Source of the DNA: Ignavibacteriota bacterium | GTDB taxonomy: Bacteria; Bacteroidota; Ignavibacteria; UBA10030 | Length of the DNA: 64,000 bases | Reading direction: 5' to 3' | Assembly: GCA_963727825.1 (NCBI GenBank) | Contig: CAVSHO010000009.1 | Coordinates: 736,001-800,000 of the forward strand | Shown here: positions 40,963 through 51,941 of the stretch, piece after piece | Numbering within the stretch: the first letter of the stretch is position 1 | Layout of the letters: every line of letters starts with the position of its first letter | Translations under genes and position numbers: made by a program | The notes under the pieces: model-generated | What the model was told of the DNA's origin: nothing | Databases searched by the model: none | What the model saw: the letters and a program-made list of their open reading frames with translations, nothing else

Positions 40963-41782
40963 TCTCAGCCTTAGAAGGTAAAGGATTTAGTTGGATGTGC
41001 TTAAGCGCTTGCGCTGCAGCAGCCTGTTCAGCTTCTTTCTTGCTTCTGCCAAAACCACTACCATAAAACTGTGTGCCAATTAAAACTTCTATGGTAAAGC
41101 GCCTATCATGTTCGGGCCCTTCTTCATGTATAACAGAATAACGTGGAATACCCAGCGAGCGTGCTTGCGCATATTCAAGCAGTGTGCTTTTATAGTTGTC
41201 ATCTGTTATAGCAGAATTGAACACTTTGGTGTTTTTCAATAGTGTCGCATAAATAAATTTTCGCGATGCTTCCAATCCGCCGTCCAAATATATAGCTCCG
41301 ATAACAGATTCGACAGCATCCGCAATAATTGACTCTGAGCCGTTATCAATAGATTGCGCTGCGCTTGAGCTCAACAGCATATAATCTGATAAGTGTAAAT
41401 CTTTTGCCCGTTGTGCCAGAATTTTCCTGTTGACTAACCGCGAACGTAATTTTGTCAGTTCCCCCTCTTCCATCTCAGGGTAAATTACGAAGAGGTGCTC
41501 CGCTACTACAAAATTCAAAATTGCATCGCCTAAAAATTCCAGTCGTTCATTGGAATTCCACTGATCTTCGAGAAACTGAAGATAGGAACGATGAAGCAGT
41601 GCTTGCAGGAAAAGTTTCCAATTGTGCGGATAGTACTGAATGGCTTCTGTGAATCGTACAAAATCAAATTTTGTAGAGTGGAGTTTCTCTATAAGTAATT
41701 GGAACTGCTCGTCCCGTGAGTAACGAGAAAACCATTGTATTCGAAGTCGGCAACAAAGCCGACGGAGTACGTTATTCAACAC
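40943..41782 (-). CDS. rnc: Ribonuclease III
   Basis: NERLEFLGDA, EGELTKLRS, dsRBD GRSKKEAEQ. Confidence 0.96.
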   Translation of the reverse strand: MLNNVLRRLCCRLRIQWFSRYSRDEQFQLLIEKLHSTKFDFVRFTEAIQYYPHNWKLFLQALLHRSYLQFLEDQWNSNERLEFLGDAILNFVVAEHLFVIYPEMEEGELTKLRSRLVNRKILAQRAKDLHLSDYMLLSSSAAQSIDNGSESIIADAVESVIGAIYLDGGLEASRKFIYATLLKNTKVFNSAITDDNYKSTLLEYAQARSLGIPRYSVIHEEGPEHDRRFTIEVLIGTQFYGSGFGRSKKEAEQAAAAQALKHIQLNPLPSKAENENSAT

Positions 41783-41818
41783 AACTCCTTTAGTCCCACT
41801 GAAAACACATGGGGAGGA

Positions 41819-43084
41819 TTAGTGTTCTTCTTGATACCTTCTAAACAGAAGGGAGGCGTTATGTCCGCCAAATCCAAACGTGTTACTGATCGCTACACTG
41901 ACATTCCAATCCTGTGCTTTATTTGGAATGTAATTCAAATCGCATTCAGGATCAGGAGTCTCATAGTTAATTGTTGGGTGTACTTTGTTATTCTGAATCG
42001 CTAAGATGGTTGCTACAGATTCGATCGCACCTGCCGCGCCAAGAAGATGACCTGTCATAGATTTTGTTGAATTGACGGCAATATTTTTGGCGTGTGCACC
42101 AAAAACTGTTTTAATTGCGGCTGTTTCAGATTTATCCCCCGGCGGTGTTGATGTACCATGAGAGTTCACATGGTCAATGTCATCTGGAGTTAATCCTGCA
42201 TCGTGGATAGCAATACGCATTGCACGCACTGCACCTTCTCCTCCGGGAGCCGGCTCGGTGATATGATGTGCGTCTGCAGAAAAGCCAATGCCACAAATTT
42301 CTGCATAAATTTTTGCATCGCGTTTTATAGCATGACCAAGTTCTTCCAAGATGAGAATACCACCGCCCTCGCCCATCACAAAACCGTCTCGATTTTTATC
42401 GAATGGGCGGCTAGCTTTTTGAGGATCATCGTTACGCGTTGAAAGAGCTTTTAATGCATTGAATCCGCTGACACCCATTGGACAAATACTCGCCTCGCCT
42501 CCACCTGTAACCATAACATCAGCATCACCGCGTTGAATATGAATAAACGAATTACCAATAGAATGAGACGATGTTGCACATGCAGAAACCGTTGCGTAAT
42601 TAACACCTTTTAGGCCATAAATCATTGAAATACGTCCCGCAGCAATATCGGGAATCAACATTGGAATAAAGAATGGACTGATAAGGCGCGGGCCTTTTCC
42701 TTCTATAAAATTCATAAATTGCTTATGGTACGTCCACATGCCTCCAATACCTGAACCGTAAATCACGCCAATACGTTCACGATCTTCTTTCTCGAGATTC
42801 AGTTCTGAATCTTTCATTGCTTCATGGCAGGCGGCAATTCCGTACAATGTAAATAAATCGGCACGCTGCGCAAGCTTTCGATCCATATATTTCAGAGGGT
42901 CGAATCCCTTTACTTCGCAGGCAAATTTTGTTTCGTATGCGCTGGCATCAAAGAGTGTAATCGGGCCTGCACCGCTTTTTCCATCAATCAACGCTTGCCA
43001 ATAATCCTGCACAGTATTACCCAGGGGTGTAATGACTCCCATTCCTGTCACAACTACCCGTCGTTTGTTTGCATCAAACGCCAT
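41819..43084 (-). CDS. fabF: 3-oxoacyl-ACP synthase II
   Basis: RRVVVTGMG, SACAT, HGTST, KSMTGHLLGAAG, FGFGGHN. Confidence 0.97.
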   Translation of the reverse strand: MAFDANKRRVVVTGMGVITPLGNTVQDYWQALIDGKSGAGPITLFDASAYETKFACEVKGFDPLKYMDRKLAQRADLFTLYGIAACHEAMKDSELNLEKEDRERIGVIYGSGIGGMWTYHKQFMNFIEGKGPRLISPFFIPMLIPDIAAGRISMIYGLKGVNYATVSACATSSHSIGNSFIHIQRGDADVMVTGGGEASICPMGVSGFNALKALSTRNDDPQKASRPFDKNRDGFVMGEGGGILILEELGHAIKRDAKIYAEICGIGFSADAHHITEPAPGGEGAVRAMRIAIHDAGLTPDDIDHVNSHGTSTPPGDKSETAAIKTVFGAHAKNIAVNSTKSMTGHLLGAAGAIESVATILAIQNNKVHPTINYETPDPECDLNYIPNKAQDWNVSVAISNTFGFGGHNASLLFRRYQEEH

Positions 43085-43222
43085 TGTTTTTTTCCCTTGT
43101 CAAAATACAACAATGCCAAGCGTCGTACGTATCTGCACGACTCACAAAACCATCTTATTTTATTGAAGAGAGCAAAGCCTGTTAAACCAGCTATACTCTT
43201 TCCATCTCGTTACCAAGAATTA

Positions 43223-43459
43223 TTAGATACCCTTTGTTTTTAAATAGTTGAGTACATCGTTAACATTTGTGATTTTTTCTGCATCTTCATCCGGAATTTG
43301 GATGTTGAATGCTTTTTCGAATTCCATAACTAACTCAACAGTATCGAGGGAATCAGCACCGAGATCATTTGTAAATGACGCTTCTGGTGTTACCTGAGCA
43401 GCATCAACGCCTAATTTTGATACGATAATTTCTTTTACTTTTTCAGCAGTATCCGCCAT
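43223..43459 (-). CDS. acpP: Acyl carrier protein
   Basis: [14 protein letters not shown]. Confidence 0.98.
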   Translation of the reverse strand: MADTAEKVKEIIVSKLGVDAAQVTPEASFTNDLGADSLDTVELVMEFEKAFNIQIPDEDAEKITNVNDVLNYLKTKGI

Positions 43460-43510
43460 TTTATTACTCCTTGGTTTATTGATAGAATATTACTTGAATT
43501 ATTTATTCAT

Positions 43511-44257
43511 TTACATAACAAGTCCGCCGTCCACATTTAATACTTGGCCGGTAATATAGCTTGCAGCCGGAGATGCAAGGAAGACGACGACATTTGCAAT
43601 TTCTTCCGGCTTTGCAATTCGTTTCATCGGAATCACATTTATCAATGTCTCTCGCTGTTGAGGCGTGAGCTTCTGCGTCATCTCAGTATCGATGAATCCC
43701 GGTGCAACCGCATTCACTTGAATATTGCGAGATGCAAATTCTTTTGCAAGTGTTTTCGTAATACCGATAACACCCGCTTTTGAAGCAGAATAATTCACTT
43801 GACCTGCGTTGCCCATTATCCCAACTACTGAAGCGATATTGACAATTTTTCCTTGTCTTTGACTAAGCATTTGCCTTGATGCGGCTTTACAAAAATTAAA
43901 CGTGCCTTTCAAATTAATAGCGATTACAGAGTCCCATTCGTCTTCTGACATGCGCATTATCAAGTTGTCCCGTGTAATGCCTGCATTGTTAACAAGAATA
44001 TCGATGTGTTGGTATTCCTTTACCACGGCATCTACCGTGCTTTGTGCTTCAGCAAGATTGCGGACATCGGATTGAATCGCTGTTGAACGAACGCCTTTAG
44101 CGTGGATTAAGTTGATCACCTCGTCCGCCGCTACTTCCAAACGTATATCGGTAAATGCTACATGCGCACCTTCTGAGGCAAGCTTCAGAGCAATTTCCCG
44201 ACCTATACCACGCGCACCGCCGGTCACCAGCGCTACTTTATTATCAAGAACGCCCAT
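43511..44257 (-). CDS. fabG: 3-oxoacyl-ACP reductase
   Basis: TGGARGIG, NNAGITRD, YSASK. Confidence 0.96.
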   Translation of the reverse strand: MGVLDNKVALVTGGARGIGREIALKLASEGAHVAFTDIRLEVAADEVINLIHAKGVRSTAIQSDVRNLAEAQSTVDAVVKEYQHIDILVNNAGITRDNLIMRMSEDEWDSVIAINLKGTFNFCKAASRQMLSQRQGKIVNIASVVGIMGNAGQVNYSASKAGVIGITKTLAKEFASRNIQVNAVAPGFIDTEMTQKLTPQQRETLINVIPMKRIAKPEEIANVVVFLASPAASYITGQVLNVDGGLVM

Positions 44258-44316
44258 ATAACACCTTTAAAATAACACTAAGAAAACTGTTATACTTTGA
44301 CTTTATCAACCGATCT

Positions 44317-45231
44317 CTATTTTGTATTAGTGATGTTGCTCAATTTTTCAAGTCCGATAATTTTTACATTTCCATCAATCCGTTTCACCAGTCCTTGAAG
44401 TACTTTGCCAGGACCTATCTCGACAAACGTTGCGGCACCATCGGCGATCATGTTTACGATGCTTTCTTCCCATTTTACTGGACTGACAAGTTGCCGGATT
44501 AATAGATTACGTATATCATCCGCAAAATGCATCGGTCGAGCCGTGACATTTGCATAGATAGGAACTGCAGCATCGTAAATTTTTATTTTATCCAAGGCTG
44601 CTTTTAATCCAGCCCGCGCGGACTCCATTAGCGGAGAATGAAACGCACCGCTTACTGGAAGCTCTTTTACAATCCTTGCGCCACGTGTCTTTGCAAGTTC
44701 CATTGCCTTTCGTACACCAGCGAATGAACCTGAAACTACAATTTGTCCAGGCGAGTTGAAATTTGCTGCTTGCACAATTCCAGCTACCGAGGCTTCACCA
44801 CACAATTCGTTGACAATCTTTGAATCAATGCCAACAATGGCAGCCATTGTACCTTGACGCTCGACACCAGCTTGCTGCATTAATTCACCGCGCAGCCGAA
44901 CAAGTTTTAACCCATCTTCAAATGTCAATGCACCAGCCGCAACTAACGCAGAATATTCACCAAGCGAATGTCCTGCAGTCATTTCAAACTGTGCTTTATC
45001 TATAAGATGAAAAAGAACAATACTGTGCAAAAAAATTGCTGGCTGCGTGTTTTTTGTTTGTTTCAGTTCTTCTTCCGGACCTTCAAAACATACTTTGCTG
45101 ATGGAGAACCCGAGTATTTCATTTGCTTTGTCAAAGAGAGCTTTCGCTTCTGAGCTCCCTTCATAAATGTCTTTGCCCATACCGACATATTGTGAACCCT
45201 GTCCCGGAAAAATAAATGCTGTTTTCGCCAT
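44317..45231 (-). CDS. fabD: Malonyl-CoA-ACP transacylase
   Basis: FPGQGSQ, GHSLGEY, VSGAFHS. Confidence 0.97.
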   Translation of the reverse strand: MAKTAFIFPGQGSQYVGMGKDIYEGSSEAKALFDKANEILGFSISKVCFEGPEEELKQTKNTQPAIFLHSIVLFHLIDKAQFEMTAGHSLGEYSALVAAGALTFEDGLKLVRLRGELMQQAGVERQGTMAAIVGIDSKIVNELCGEASVAGIVQAANFNSPGQIVVSGSFAGVRKAMELAKTRGARIVKELPVSGAFHSPLMESARAGLKAALDKIKIYDAAVPIYANVTARPMHFADDIRNLLIRQLVSPVKWEESIVNMIADGAATFVEIGPGKVLQGLVKRIDGNVKIIGLEKLSNITNTK

Positions 45232-45234
45232 TGA

Positions 45235-46245
45235 TTATAATTTTTCTGGGTTCATCAGCGACCATTTTACTAACATGGAGCCCCAAGTATAACCTGCACC
45301 AAATGAAGCAAGAACAATATTTTGTCCGCGCTGCAATTTACCGGCTTGCCACCATTCTGATAAGCAAAGAGGAATTGTTGCCGCTGTTGTATTACCAAAC
45401 CGATCGATATTAATCATTACTTTGCTGTTGTTAATTCCCATCCGTTGCGCTGTTGCCTCAACAATTCGGAGATTTGCTTGATGAGGTACAAGCCATGCGA
45501 TATCACTGCTCTTCAGATGGTTTCGTTTCATAATTTCTTCTGAGACATCCGCCATACAAACAACAGCGCTCTTGAATACAGCTTTTCCATCTTGAAATAC
45601 ATAGTGCATCTTTTTATCAATCGTTTCATGGGTTGGCGGGTTAAGACTTCCCCCTCCTTTTATGTTCAGAAAAACTCCGCCGGAACCGTCACTATACATA
45701 CATTGGTCAATAATGCCATAATCTTTTTCGTCTGTAGGTTCAAGCAGTGCTGCCCCCGCAGCATCGCCAAATAAAATGCAAGTGTTACGATCTGTATAAT
45801 CGGTGATAGAGCTCATCTTGTCCGCGCCGACGACAACAACTTTAGAATGCAATCCAGTTTCGATGAAGCGCGCGCCAACGCTTAGCGCAAACAGAAAGCC
45901 AGAACATGCTGCATTCAAATCAAAACCCCATGCTTTGCTGGCACCGATTTTTTCTTGCACCACGTATGCCGTTGCTGGCAGCATCATATCCGGTGTTATG
46001 GTCGCAACGATTATCAAATCAATTTCTTCGGCGGTGATACCGCGACGAGACAGCATTTGCTGAATCGCCTTCACAGCTAAATCTGAGGTTGCCCCGTGTT
46101 CAAGAATACGCCGCTCACGAATACCTGTTCGTGTGCGAATCCATTCATCGTTGGTGTCAACCATTTTTTCAAGATCAGCATTCGTAAGAATCTTTTCTGG
46201 AACATAGTGGCCAACTGCTGTAATTGCTGCTCGTCGTAATTCCAT
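45235..46245 (-). CDS. fabH: 3-oxoacyl-ACP synthase III
   Basis: AACSGF, PHQANLRI, GNTTAA. Confidence 0.96.
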   Translation of the reverse strand: MELRRAAITAVGHYVPEKILTNADLEKMVDTNDEWIRTRTGIRERRILEHGATSDLAVKAIQQMLSRRGITAEEIDLIIVATITPDMMLPATAYVVQEKIGASKAWGFDLNAACSGFLFALSVGARFIETGLHSKVVVVGADKMSSITDYTDRNTCILFGDAAGAALLEPTDEKDYGIIDQCMYSDGSGGVFLNIKGGGSLNPPTHETIDKKMHYVFQDGKAVFKSAVVCMADVSEEIMKRNHLKSSDIAWLVPHQANLRIVEATAQRMGINNSKVMINIDRFGNTTAATIPLCLSEWWQAGKLQRGQNIVLASFGAGYTWGSMLVKWSLMNPEKL

Positions 46246-46252
46246 CGTTATC

Positions 46253-47275
46253 TTATTGAAACCCTTTCTCTGCCAAAGCCGTTTCGATTTGCCGATTTAC
46301 TTGACTCTGTGCCACTTCTGAAGCACGGAGAATCATATTCTTAATACCTTTTGCCGTTGAATTCCCATGACCAATAATTACTACACCATTCACTCCCAAT
46401 ACCGGCACACCGCCTTCTTCGTTTGGATCCATATCTTGAAGTGATGCTTTTAGAGGCCACAATGACATACCTACAGCGATTTTGCTGAACATACCACGTT
46501 TGGAGAACTTTTTCAATCGGTATTTTAAGAATGAGGGTACACTTTCGCCGAACTTCAAAACAATATTCCCTACAAAGCCATCGCACACAACAATATCTGC
46601 TTTTGATTTGAGGATATCGCCGCCTTCTACATTTCCGATAAAATTGTATTTACTTGCTGAAAGAAGTTTATAAGCTTCGAACACTGCTTCACTGCCTTTT
46701 GATTTTTCTTCTCCTACATTGAGCAGGGCTATTGAAGGGCGCTCTTTCTTCCTCAGAAGTTGAACATAAACACTTCCCATTACTGCAAATTCATACAGAT
46801 GCTGCGCGCGGCAATCGACGTTGGCGCCGGCATCGACCAATAAACAACTACCATGCTCTGCAGGAATAAACGTACCAATCGTCGGGCGGCTGACATGTTT
46901 AATACGCCCCAAAATAAGTGTCGCAGCTGAAAGTACAGCGCCGGTATTTCCAGTACTGACACACGCATCAACATTTCCTTCTTTTTGAAGACGTATCCCG
47001 ACGGATAGGGAAGAGTCTTTCTTTTGTTTGAGGGCGGCGGTTGGGGAATCTTCCATAGTGATGACTTGTGAAGCATGTATTACTACAAATGGAAGATGCT
47101 CTACTTTTTGCAATGCAAGTTGATGGTGAATAGCTTGCTCGTCTCCCACAAGAACAATTTCAAACTGATCACGAGATACCCGGAGTGCCTCTACTGCACC
47201 TGCAACTTCACGCTCAGGTGCATAGTCTCCACCCATAGCATCAAGGGCAATACGTAATTTCTTGGGAGATTCCAT
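46253..47275 (-). CDS. plsX: Phosphate acyltransferase PlsX
   Basis: DAMGGDYAP, GNTGA, DGFVGN. Confidence 0.96.
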   Translation of the reverse strand: MESPKKLRIALDAMGGDYAPEREVAGAVEALRVSRDQFEIVLVGDEQAIHHQLALQKVEHLPFVVIHASQVITMEDSPTAALKQKKDSSLSVGIRLQKEGNVDACVSTGNTGAVLSAATLILGRIKHVSRPTIGTFIPAEHGSCLLVDAGANVDCRAQHLYEFAVMGSVYVQLLRKKERPSIALLNVGEEKSKGSEAVFEAYKLLSASKYNFIGNVEGGDILKSKADIVVCDGFVGNIVLKFGESVPSFLKYRLKKFSKRGMFSKIAVGMSLWPLKASLQDMDPNEEGGVPVLGVNGVVIIGHGNSTAKGIKNMILRASEVAQSQVNRQIETALAEKGFQ

Positions 47276-47325
47276 GAAATTCGCTTCTGATACCTATCTT
47301 CCGGTACCGAGGCGTATCCTACTAA

Positions 47326-47508
47326 TTAGGCTTCCTTTGGAGTGACTATAGAGCGGCCATTATAGAATCCGCAGTGGGGACATGCCCTGTGCTGCAGTTT
47401 TTGTTCGTGGCAATTCGGACATTCTTGCGTTGATGGTATTGTTGCCTTGTAATGTGTTCGGCGTTTACGACCACGCGTTTTAGAATGTCTTCGTTTAGGA
47501 TTAGGCAT
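47326..47508 (-). CDS. rpmF: 50S ribosomal protein L32
   Basis: MPNPKRRHSK, CPNC..HRACPHCG. Confidence 0.97.
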   Translation of the reverse strand: MPNPKRRHSKTRGRKRRTHYKATIPSTQECPNCHEQKLQHRACPHCGFYNGRSIVTPKEA

Positions 47509-47532
47509 AATATACTTCCTTAAATAATATAC

Positions 47533-48051
47533 TCAATTATGGGATAGTTTCTTTAGCTCATCCCAACGCGAGTCTACCTCTTGATCATCGCAAGAGCAAC
47601 TCGCAAGATTTTTATTCACTCCGCATGTAGGGCAAAATCCCTGACATTCTTCACTACATAAAAGCTTTTGTGGGACTGTCAACAAAAGGTATTGCCGTAC
47701 ATCATCATCAAGGTCGACATAGTTCATATCAGCCGTGAGGATTTGTATTTCTTCCTCTTTAGCCATATCGGCTGTGGAACGGGCACCTTGAACATACACC
47801 ATTGAATAAGCTGTATTTAATTCTTGATGAAAATTTTCAAGGCATCGGTCACAGAAAAAACTTCCTTCAGCCAGTATTTTTGCTCGAAAAAAGATTTGAC
47901 CTATGTTTTTATCAAGATTAACTTCAACTTCAATGATACTGCAAAAACGCTCGTCCAGGCCAATCTTTGAAGGCTCCGCCTCAAAGTGATACTCGTGAAT
48001 TCCTTCCGAGAGGTTTGAGATATTAATCCGAAATTCAGCCACTGGACCCAT
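47533..48051 (-). CDS. DUF177/YceD family protein
   Basis: CDRCL, CSEECQGFCPTCG, DSRWDEL; directly upstream of rpmF. Confidence 0.9.
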   Translation of the reverse strand: MGPVAEFRINISNLSEGIHEYHFEAEPSKIGLDERFCSIIEVEVNLDKNIGQIFFRAKILAEGSFFCDRCLENFHQELNTAYSMVYVQGARSTADMAKEEEIQILTADMNYVDLDDDVRQYLLLTVPQKLLCSEECQGFCPTCGVNKNLASCSCDDQEVDSRWDELKKLSHN

Positions 48052-48380
48052 AACGTGAACCCCGGTTTAACCGGAAGCCATAGAAATTGGCAAAAAATGA
48101 ACATACTTTGCAAAAAACGTTTGTAAATATACCTAATTCTATGAATTGAATCAAGAAAAAAGTCTCGAACGCGAGAAAGGAACCGACATATAATCTATTG
48201 GTTGGACGACTGAGTCGGTAAGATTTATATGTTTAAGCAATATCTTTCAACTATTGGCAAATAGTTGTTGAGGATAATTCTATAATTATTTTTTTATTTG
48301 ATGATTGACTGATTCGTGTGGCGGGTTATTATTTGATTTCAATTCTTCCTTTTTCAATGTTTTTTAAATACACTAAACAA

Positions 48381-49031
48381 TCAAACTCCAAATTTATTTA
48401 AAATAAAATCAATTTTACCTCTCAATCCTAATCCATATCCAAAACGAGATGCTGTACCGCGCCAACGATGTTTAATAAATTTTTCAATAGGAAATGGTTT
48501 CAACAAATATCCTCTTTGTTGAGCTACAATGAAATTCTTCAAGACCGGTTGCCCATGATGCTCAAATGGTGGAAGTGTAAAATACAAACTTCGATGTAAC
48601 ATCATATAGGCCGGGGCAAGAATTATCGCTCCTTTTTCTACTTGGAAGCCGCGTTTATTAACCATTACTTGTTGTCCAATTCCGTAAATGTTTGTCGATG
48701 TTTCAAGTTCTGTTTGCATTTGTTCTAGAAAACCACATTCTTTCGTTTCTGTGTCTGAATCAAGGAAAAAAACATACTTTTTGTTTATTGCACTCATCAC
48801 TCGATGCATTGCGGGGCCGTGATAAATGTTTTTTTTAAAGAACACTGTTCTCGTCTTTTTTGGGGACAGCTTTTCAAGTTCACATATAACTTCCAGCGAA
48901 TTGTCTTTTGAACCATTGTCTACAATAAGCAAATCAATTTGTGGGTAGTAATATCGGAATGATTCAACTGCAACTTTCAAAAGATCCGGTGTCTGGAAGT
49001 TAATAATAACAGTGGAAATAGAATCATTCAT
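48381..49031 (-). CDS. Glycosyltransferase family 2
   Basis: IVDNGSKD, FLDSD. Confidence 0.82.
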   Translation of the reverse strand: MNDSISTVIINFQTPDLLKVAVESFRYYYPQIDLLIVDNGSKDNSLEVICELEKLSPKKTRTVFFKKNIYHGPAMHRVMSAINKKYVFFLDSDTETKECGFLEQMQTELETSTNIYGIGQQVMVNKRGFQVEKGAIILAPAYMMLHRSLYFTLPPFEHHGQPVLKNFIVAQQRGYLLKPFPIEKFIKHRWRGTASRFGYGLGLRGKIDFILNKFGV

Positions 49032-49150
49032 TTAGATTTCTTATACTAGATTATATTACTGCTAAAAAGGGGTAAAAATAGGTGATATTGTTAAATCTGT
49101 GCTTTTAATTCCCAGAAAATTTTTAATAAAGTAATAAATAATAGTTGTCA

Positions 49151-51436
49151 TTAATGGCGAACGACCGCCACTTTTCCAGTCACAGTCTGTAATCCATTCT
49201 CGGTGTATGCAAAAATAAAATAGATACCGGACGCAACAAGAGCACCATTCTTATCTCGTCCATCCCAAAATGCCCTGCCGCCTCCCTGTGCATCAAATTG
49301 TTTAACTACAGAACCGCTCACAGTCACTATTTTAATTGTGCTATTAGCAACTAAGTTGCGGATGGTCAGAGGCTGGTCACTTGGCAAAATAAACGGATTA
49401 GGACCGCACTCTATTGAAGAATATGCTCGGTTTATCTGCACGGCTGGAATCGCCAAACTTGACAGACCTTGTTCCGTCCCGAAATAGGCAATGCCGCGTT
49501 TCTGATCAATGGCAATTGATCGTACGTTGTTAGACAGCATGACATTTATTTGTTGAAGCCACACTATAACTTGCAGTAGTTGCGTGCCGTCTGCGTTAAC
49601 AACAAAGACCCCTTCTCTCGTTCCAATCCATTTATTATTTACTGCGTCAACTGCAATCGATTGGATAACTTGTTCTCTTAGCGAAAATGATGTGCTAAAC
49701 GATTTTGGATTGAGTGGATCGAGATTAATAACAACGCCAAGGCCCGTCCCGACCCAAACTTCCCCATCAAGATCAATCGCTACCGAAAGTACAACGTTAC
49801 TGAGAAGACCATCGTCTGTGGATAATTTCATCCAGCCGTTTTGGTCTGTCCCTGTGACGTTTTTATTTTCATTAAAGATAATCAAGTACTGTTCGTCCAT
49901 ATGCCAAGGTACAGTAGTGGCGATCCACTTTGTATTATTAGGATCGATGACGATATCATGAAAATTAGTGTACGGGCCTTGAAAAAATGTTCCTACTGTA
50001 TCTGCATCACTATCGAGTCGAAGAAGGCTGGTTGCCGTAAGATTCGACCTCGTTGTAATCCAAGTCTTTCCTTGTCCATCTACTGCAACACCACCAACAA
50101 CAACATAGTCAAAAAGGTCGCCTGTACCAGCTCCGAGAAGTCTTGGCGCAGAATAATAATTTAGCTTACGCCGAATTGTATCTGCAACAATTTCAACCAG
50201 ACCATCGCCCCATGAACATGCCCAGACAGAACCATTCGCACCAAGCGAAACCTTATAGTAAAAATCAAACGGCTGGTAATTGTTTTGTTGACTATTATAT
50301 TGCCACATTATATGATTGTTCGCACTAGTAAAGTTTTTCCATTGCTTATTATCGGGGAAAGAAGCATTGTACCTATAAAAACCAGCTGGCGAAGTTTCAC
50401 CAGATCCACACCAAAGTACTCCATTTTGATCAATAACCAGACTATTAAAAAAATTAGAATTAGGTCCGTTCGGATATAAATATTTCCAGCCGGCACCTGT
50501 CAATTGAGCAAATCCGGAATCCGCTGTCCCTATCCGAAGTGAAGAAGTTGGAATGATATAGACTCCCTGGACACTAGAATTTGAAGTTATATTCTGCGGA
50601 ACATCAAGTATAGAAGCAAGTGTCTCTATTGTAAAATTTGAACCGGAACTAGAAAGTACGTATAGTTTGCCATTAATAACTCGAAGATCAATAATAGGTA
50701 TACTATTTAATAATGGAACAGCTTTAGGTGTGGTATCGTTGAGGGCAAAATATGCAGCGCCATTTGCGGTTCCAATAACTAATGCATCATTGAATACGGC
50801 AAGTGCTGTTACCGCGCTCGAGGCAATTCCCGGGAACGATGTAAACTGAGCCCACAGACCTGATCCTAAGTAAGAGCTTGCAAGCCCTTTGTCAGTTCCA
50901 ATCCACATTCGGTTTTGTTGAAGAGCCATGCAAGAAACTTGCGGCGATATAAATCCCAAATTTTGATATGTATCTTCAAATTCCCAGCGTGATTTTTTAA
51001 AGATTGAAACGCCAAATTCAGTGACAATGAAAACTGTATCTCCTTTAAAACTAAAGGATTGAATTCCCTTGTTAATAGATCCTGTACTATTCGCTATGTC
51101 TGCAATTGTTTGCCACTGTTGTGTGTTAATATCATAGACATTCACCCATCCACCCTCTCCGCCAACCCAGATGTAATGTGTGCCATCAAAATTAATAGCG
51201 CGAACATTATTCGTATCTAAACCATCAATATTGGTGTATTTGGTAAACAAACCGCTCGTCGTATCAAAGGCAAATACGCCGCCACCTGTTGCCGCCCAGA
51301 TGCTGTTTCCAACCAGCACTGCGCTGCGCACCGACTTCATATCTGTAAATGATTTCCACTCTCCAACATGCTGTTGACTTTGTGCATAAATTATAAGAAA
51401 GAGAAAAGCGAAGATAAATAAAGAAGTGCGATTCAT
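49151..51436 (-). CDS. PorZ-like beta-propeller protein with a C-terminal Ig/FlgD-like domain
   Basis: Signal peptide, VGEWKSF, repeated WxGT blades, IAVDAVNNKWIGT, GPNP...WDGRDKNG...SGIYF. Confidence 0.72.
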   Translation of the reverse strand: MNRTSLFIFAFLFLIIYAQSQQHVGEWKSFTDMKSVRSAVLVGNSIWAATGGGVFAFDTTSGLFTKYTNIDGLDTNNVRAINFDGTHYIWVGGEGGWVNVYDINTQQWQTIADIANSTGSINKGIQSFSFKGDTVFIVTEFGVSIFKKSRWEFEDTYQNLGFISPQVSCMALQQNRMWIGTDKGLASSYLGSGLWAQFTSFPGIASSAVTALAVFNDALVIGTANGAAYFALNDTTPKAVPLLNSIPIIDLRVINGKLYVLSSSGSNFTIETLASILDVPQNITSNSSVQGVYIIPTSSLRIGTADSGFAQLTGAGWKYLYPNGPNSNFFNSLVIDQNGVLWCGSGETSPAGFYRYNASFPDNKQWKNFTSANNHIMWQYNSQQNNYQPFDFYYKVSLGANGSVWACSWGDGLVEIVADTIRRKLNYYSAPRLLGAGTGDLFDYVVVGGVAVDGQGKTWITTRSNLTATSLLRLDSDADTVGTFFQGPYTNFHDIVIDPNNTKWIATTVPWHMDEQYLIIFNENKNVTGTDQNGWMKLSTDDGLLSNVVLSVAIDLDGEVWVGTGLGVVINLDPLNPKSFSTSFSLREQVIQSIAVDAVNNKWIGTREGVFVVNADGTQLLQVIVWLQQINVMLSNNVRSIAIDQKRGIAYFGTEQGLSSLAIPAVQINRAYSSIECGPNPFILPSDQPLTIRNLVANSTIKIVTVSGSVVKQFDAQGGGRAFWDGRDKNGALVASGIYFIFAYTENGLQTVTGKVAVVRH

Positions 51437-51443
51437 AAGATAC

Positions 51444-51935
51444 CTACCGTGAGCTGCGTTTCAGCATTTTGAAGAGAGTAGCCATTTCGAGAGCTGTCAA
51501 AGCTGCGTCCCATCCTTTATGTCCTTGCGCTCCACCGACACGATCCAGCGCCTGCCGTTCGTTGTCAGTTGTCAACACACCAAACACTACCGGAAGGGAA
51601 TAACGTAAAGCCACATCTTGAATGCCACGAGCTGTTTCAGCAGAGATATATTCAAAGTGCGGAGTATCGCCGCGAATAATAGCGCCAAGGCAAACAATTG
51701 CGTCCCATTTTTTTTGAATAGCTAACTTATTGGCAACTTGTGGCAATTCAAATGCCCCCGGACAGAAAATCACTTTACGATTTTTCTCCGTCACTCCGTA
51801 TTTACGTAGACAGCGTTCTGCGCCTTCCAACAATTTTGAGGTGACATGGTAATTAAATCGGCTAACAACAATAGCAAACCGTAACTTAGCCGCGGATCCT
51901 TGAAATGACTTTGATAAGTATTTTTTTGAATTCAT
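51444..51935 (-). CDS. ribH: 6,7-dimethyl-8-ribityllumazine synthase
   Basis: VSRFN, PGAFELP, IRGDTPHFEY, FGVLTTD. Confidence 0.96.
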   Translation of the reverse strand: MNSKKYLSKSFQGSAAKLRFAIVVSRFNYHVTSKLLEGAERCLRKYGVTEKNRKVIFCPGAFELPQVANKLAIQKKWDAIVCLGAIIRGDTPHFEYISAETARGIQDVALRYSLPVVFGVLTTDNERQALDRVGGAQGHKGWDAALTALEMATLFKMLKRSSR

Positions 51936-51941
51936 AAAATT

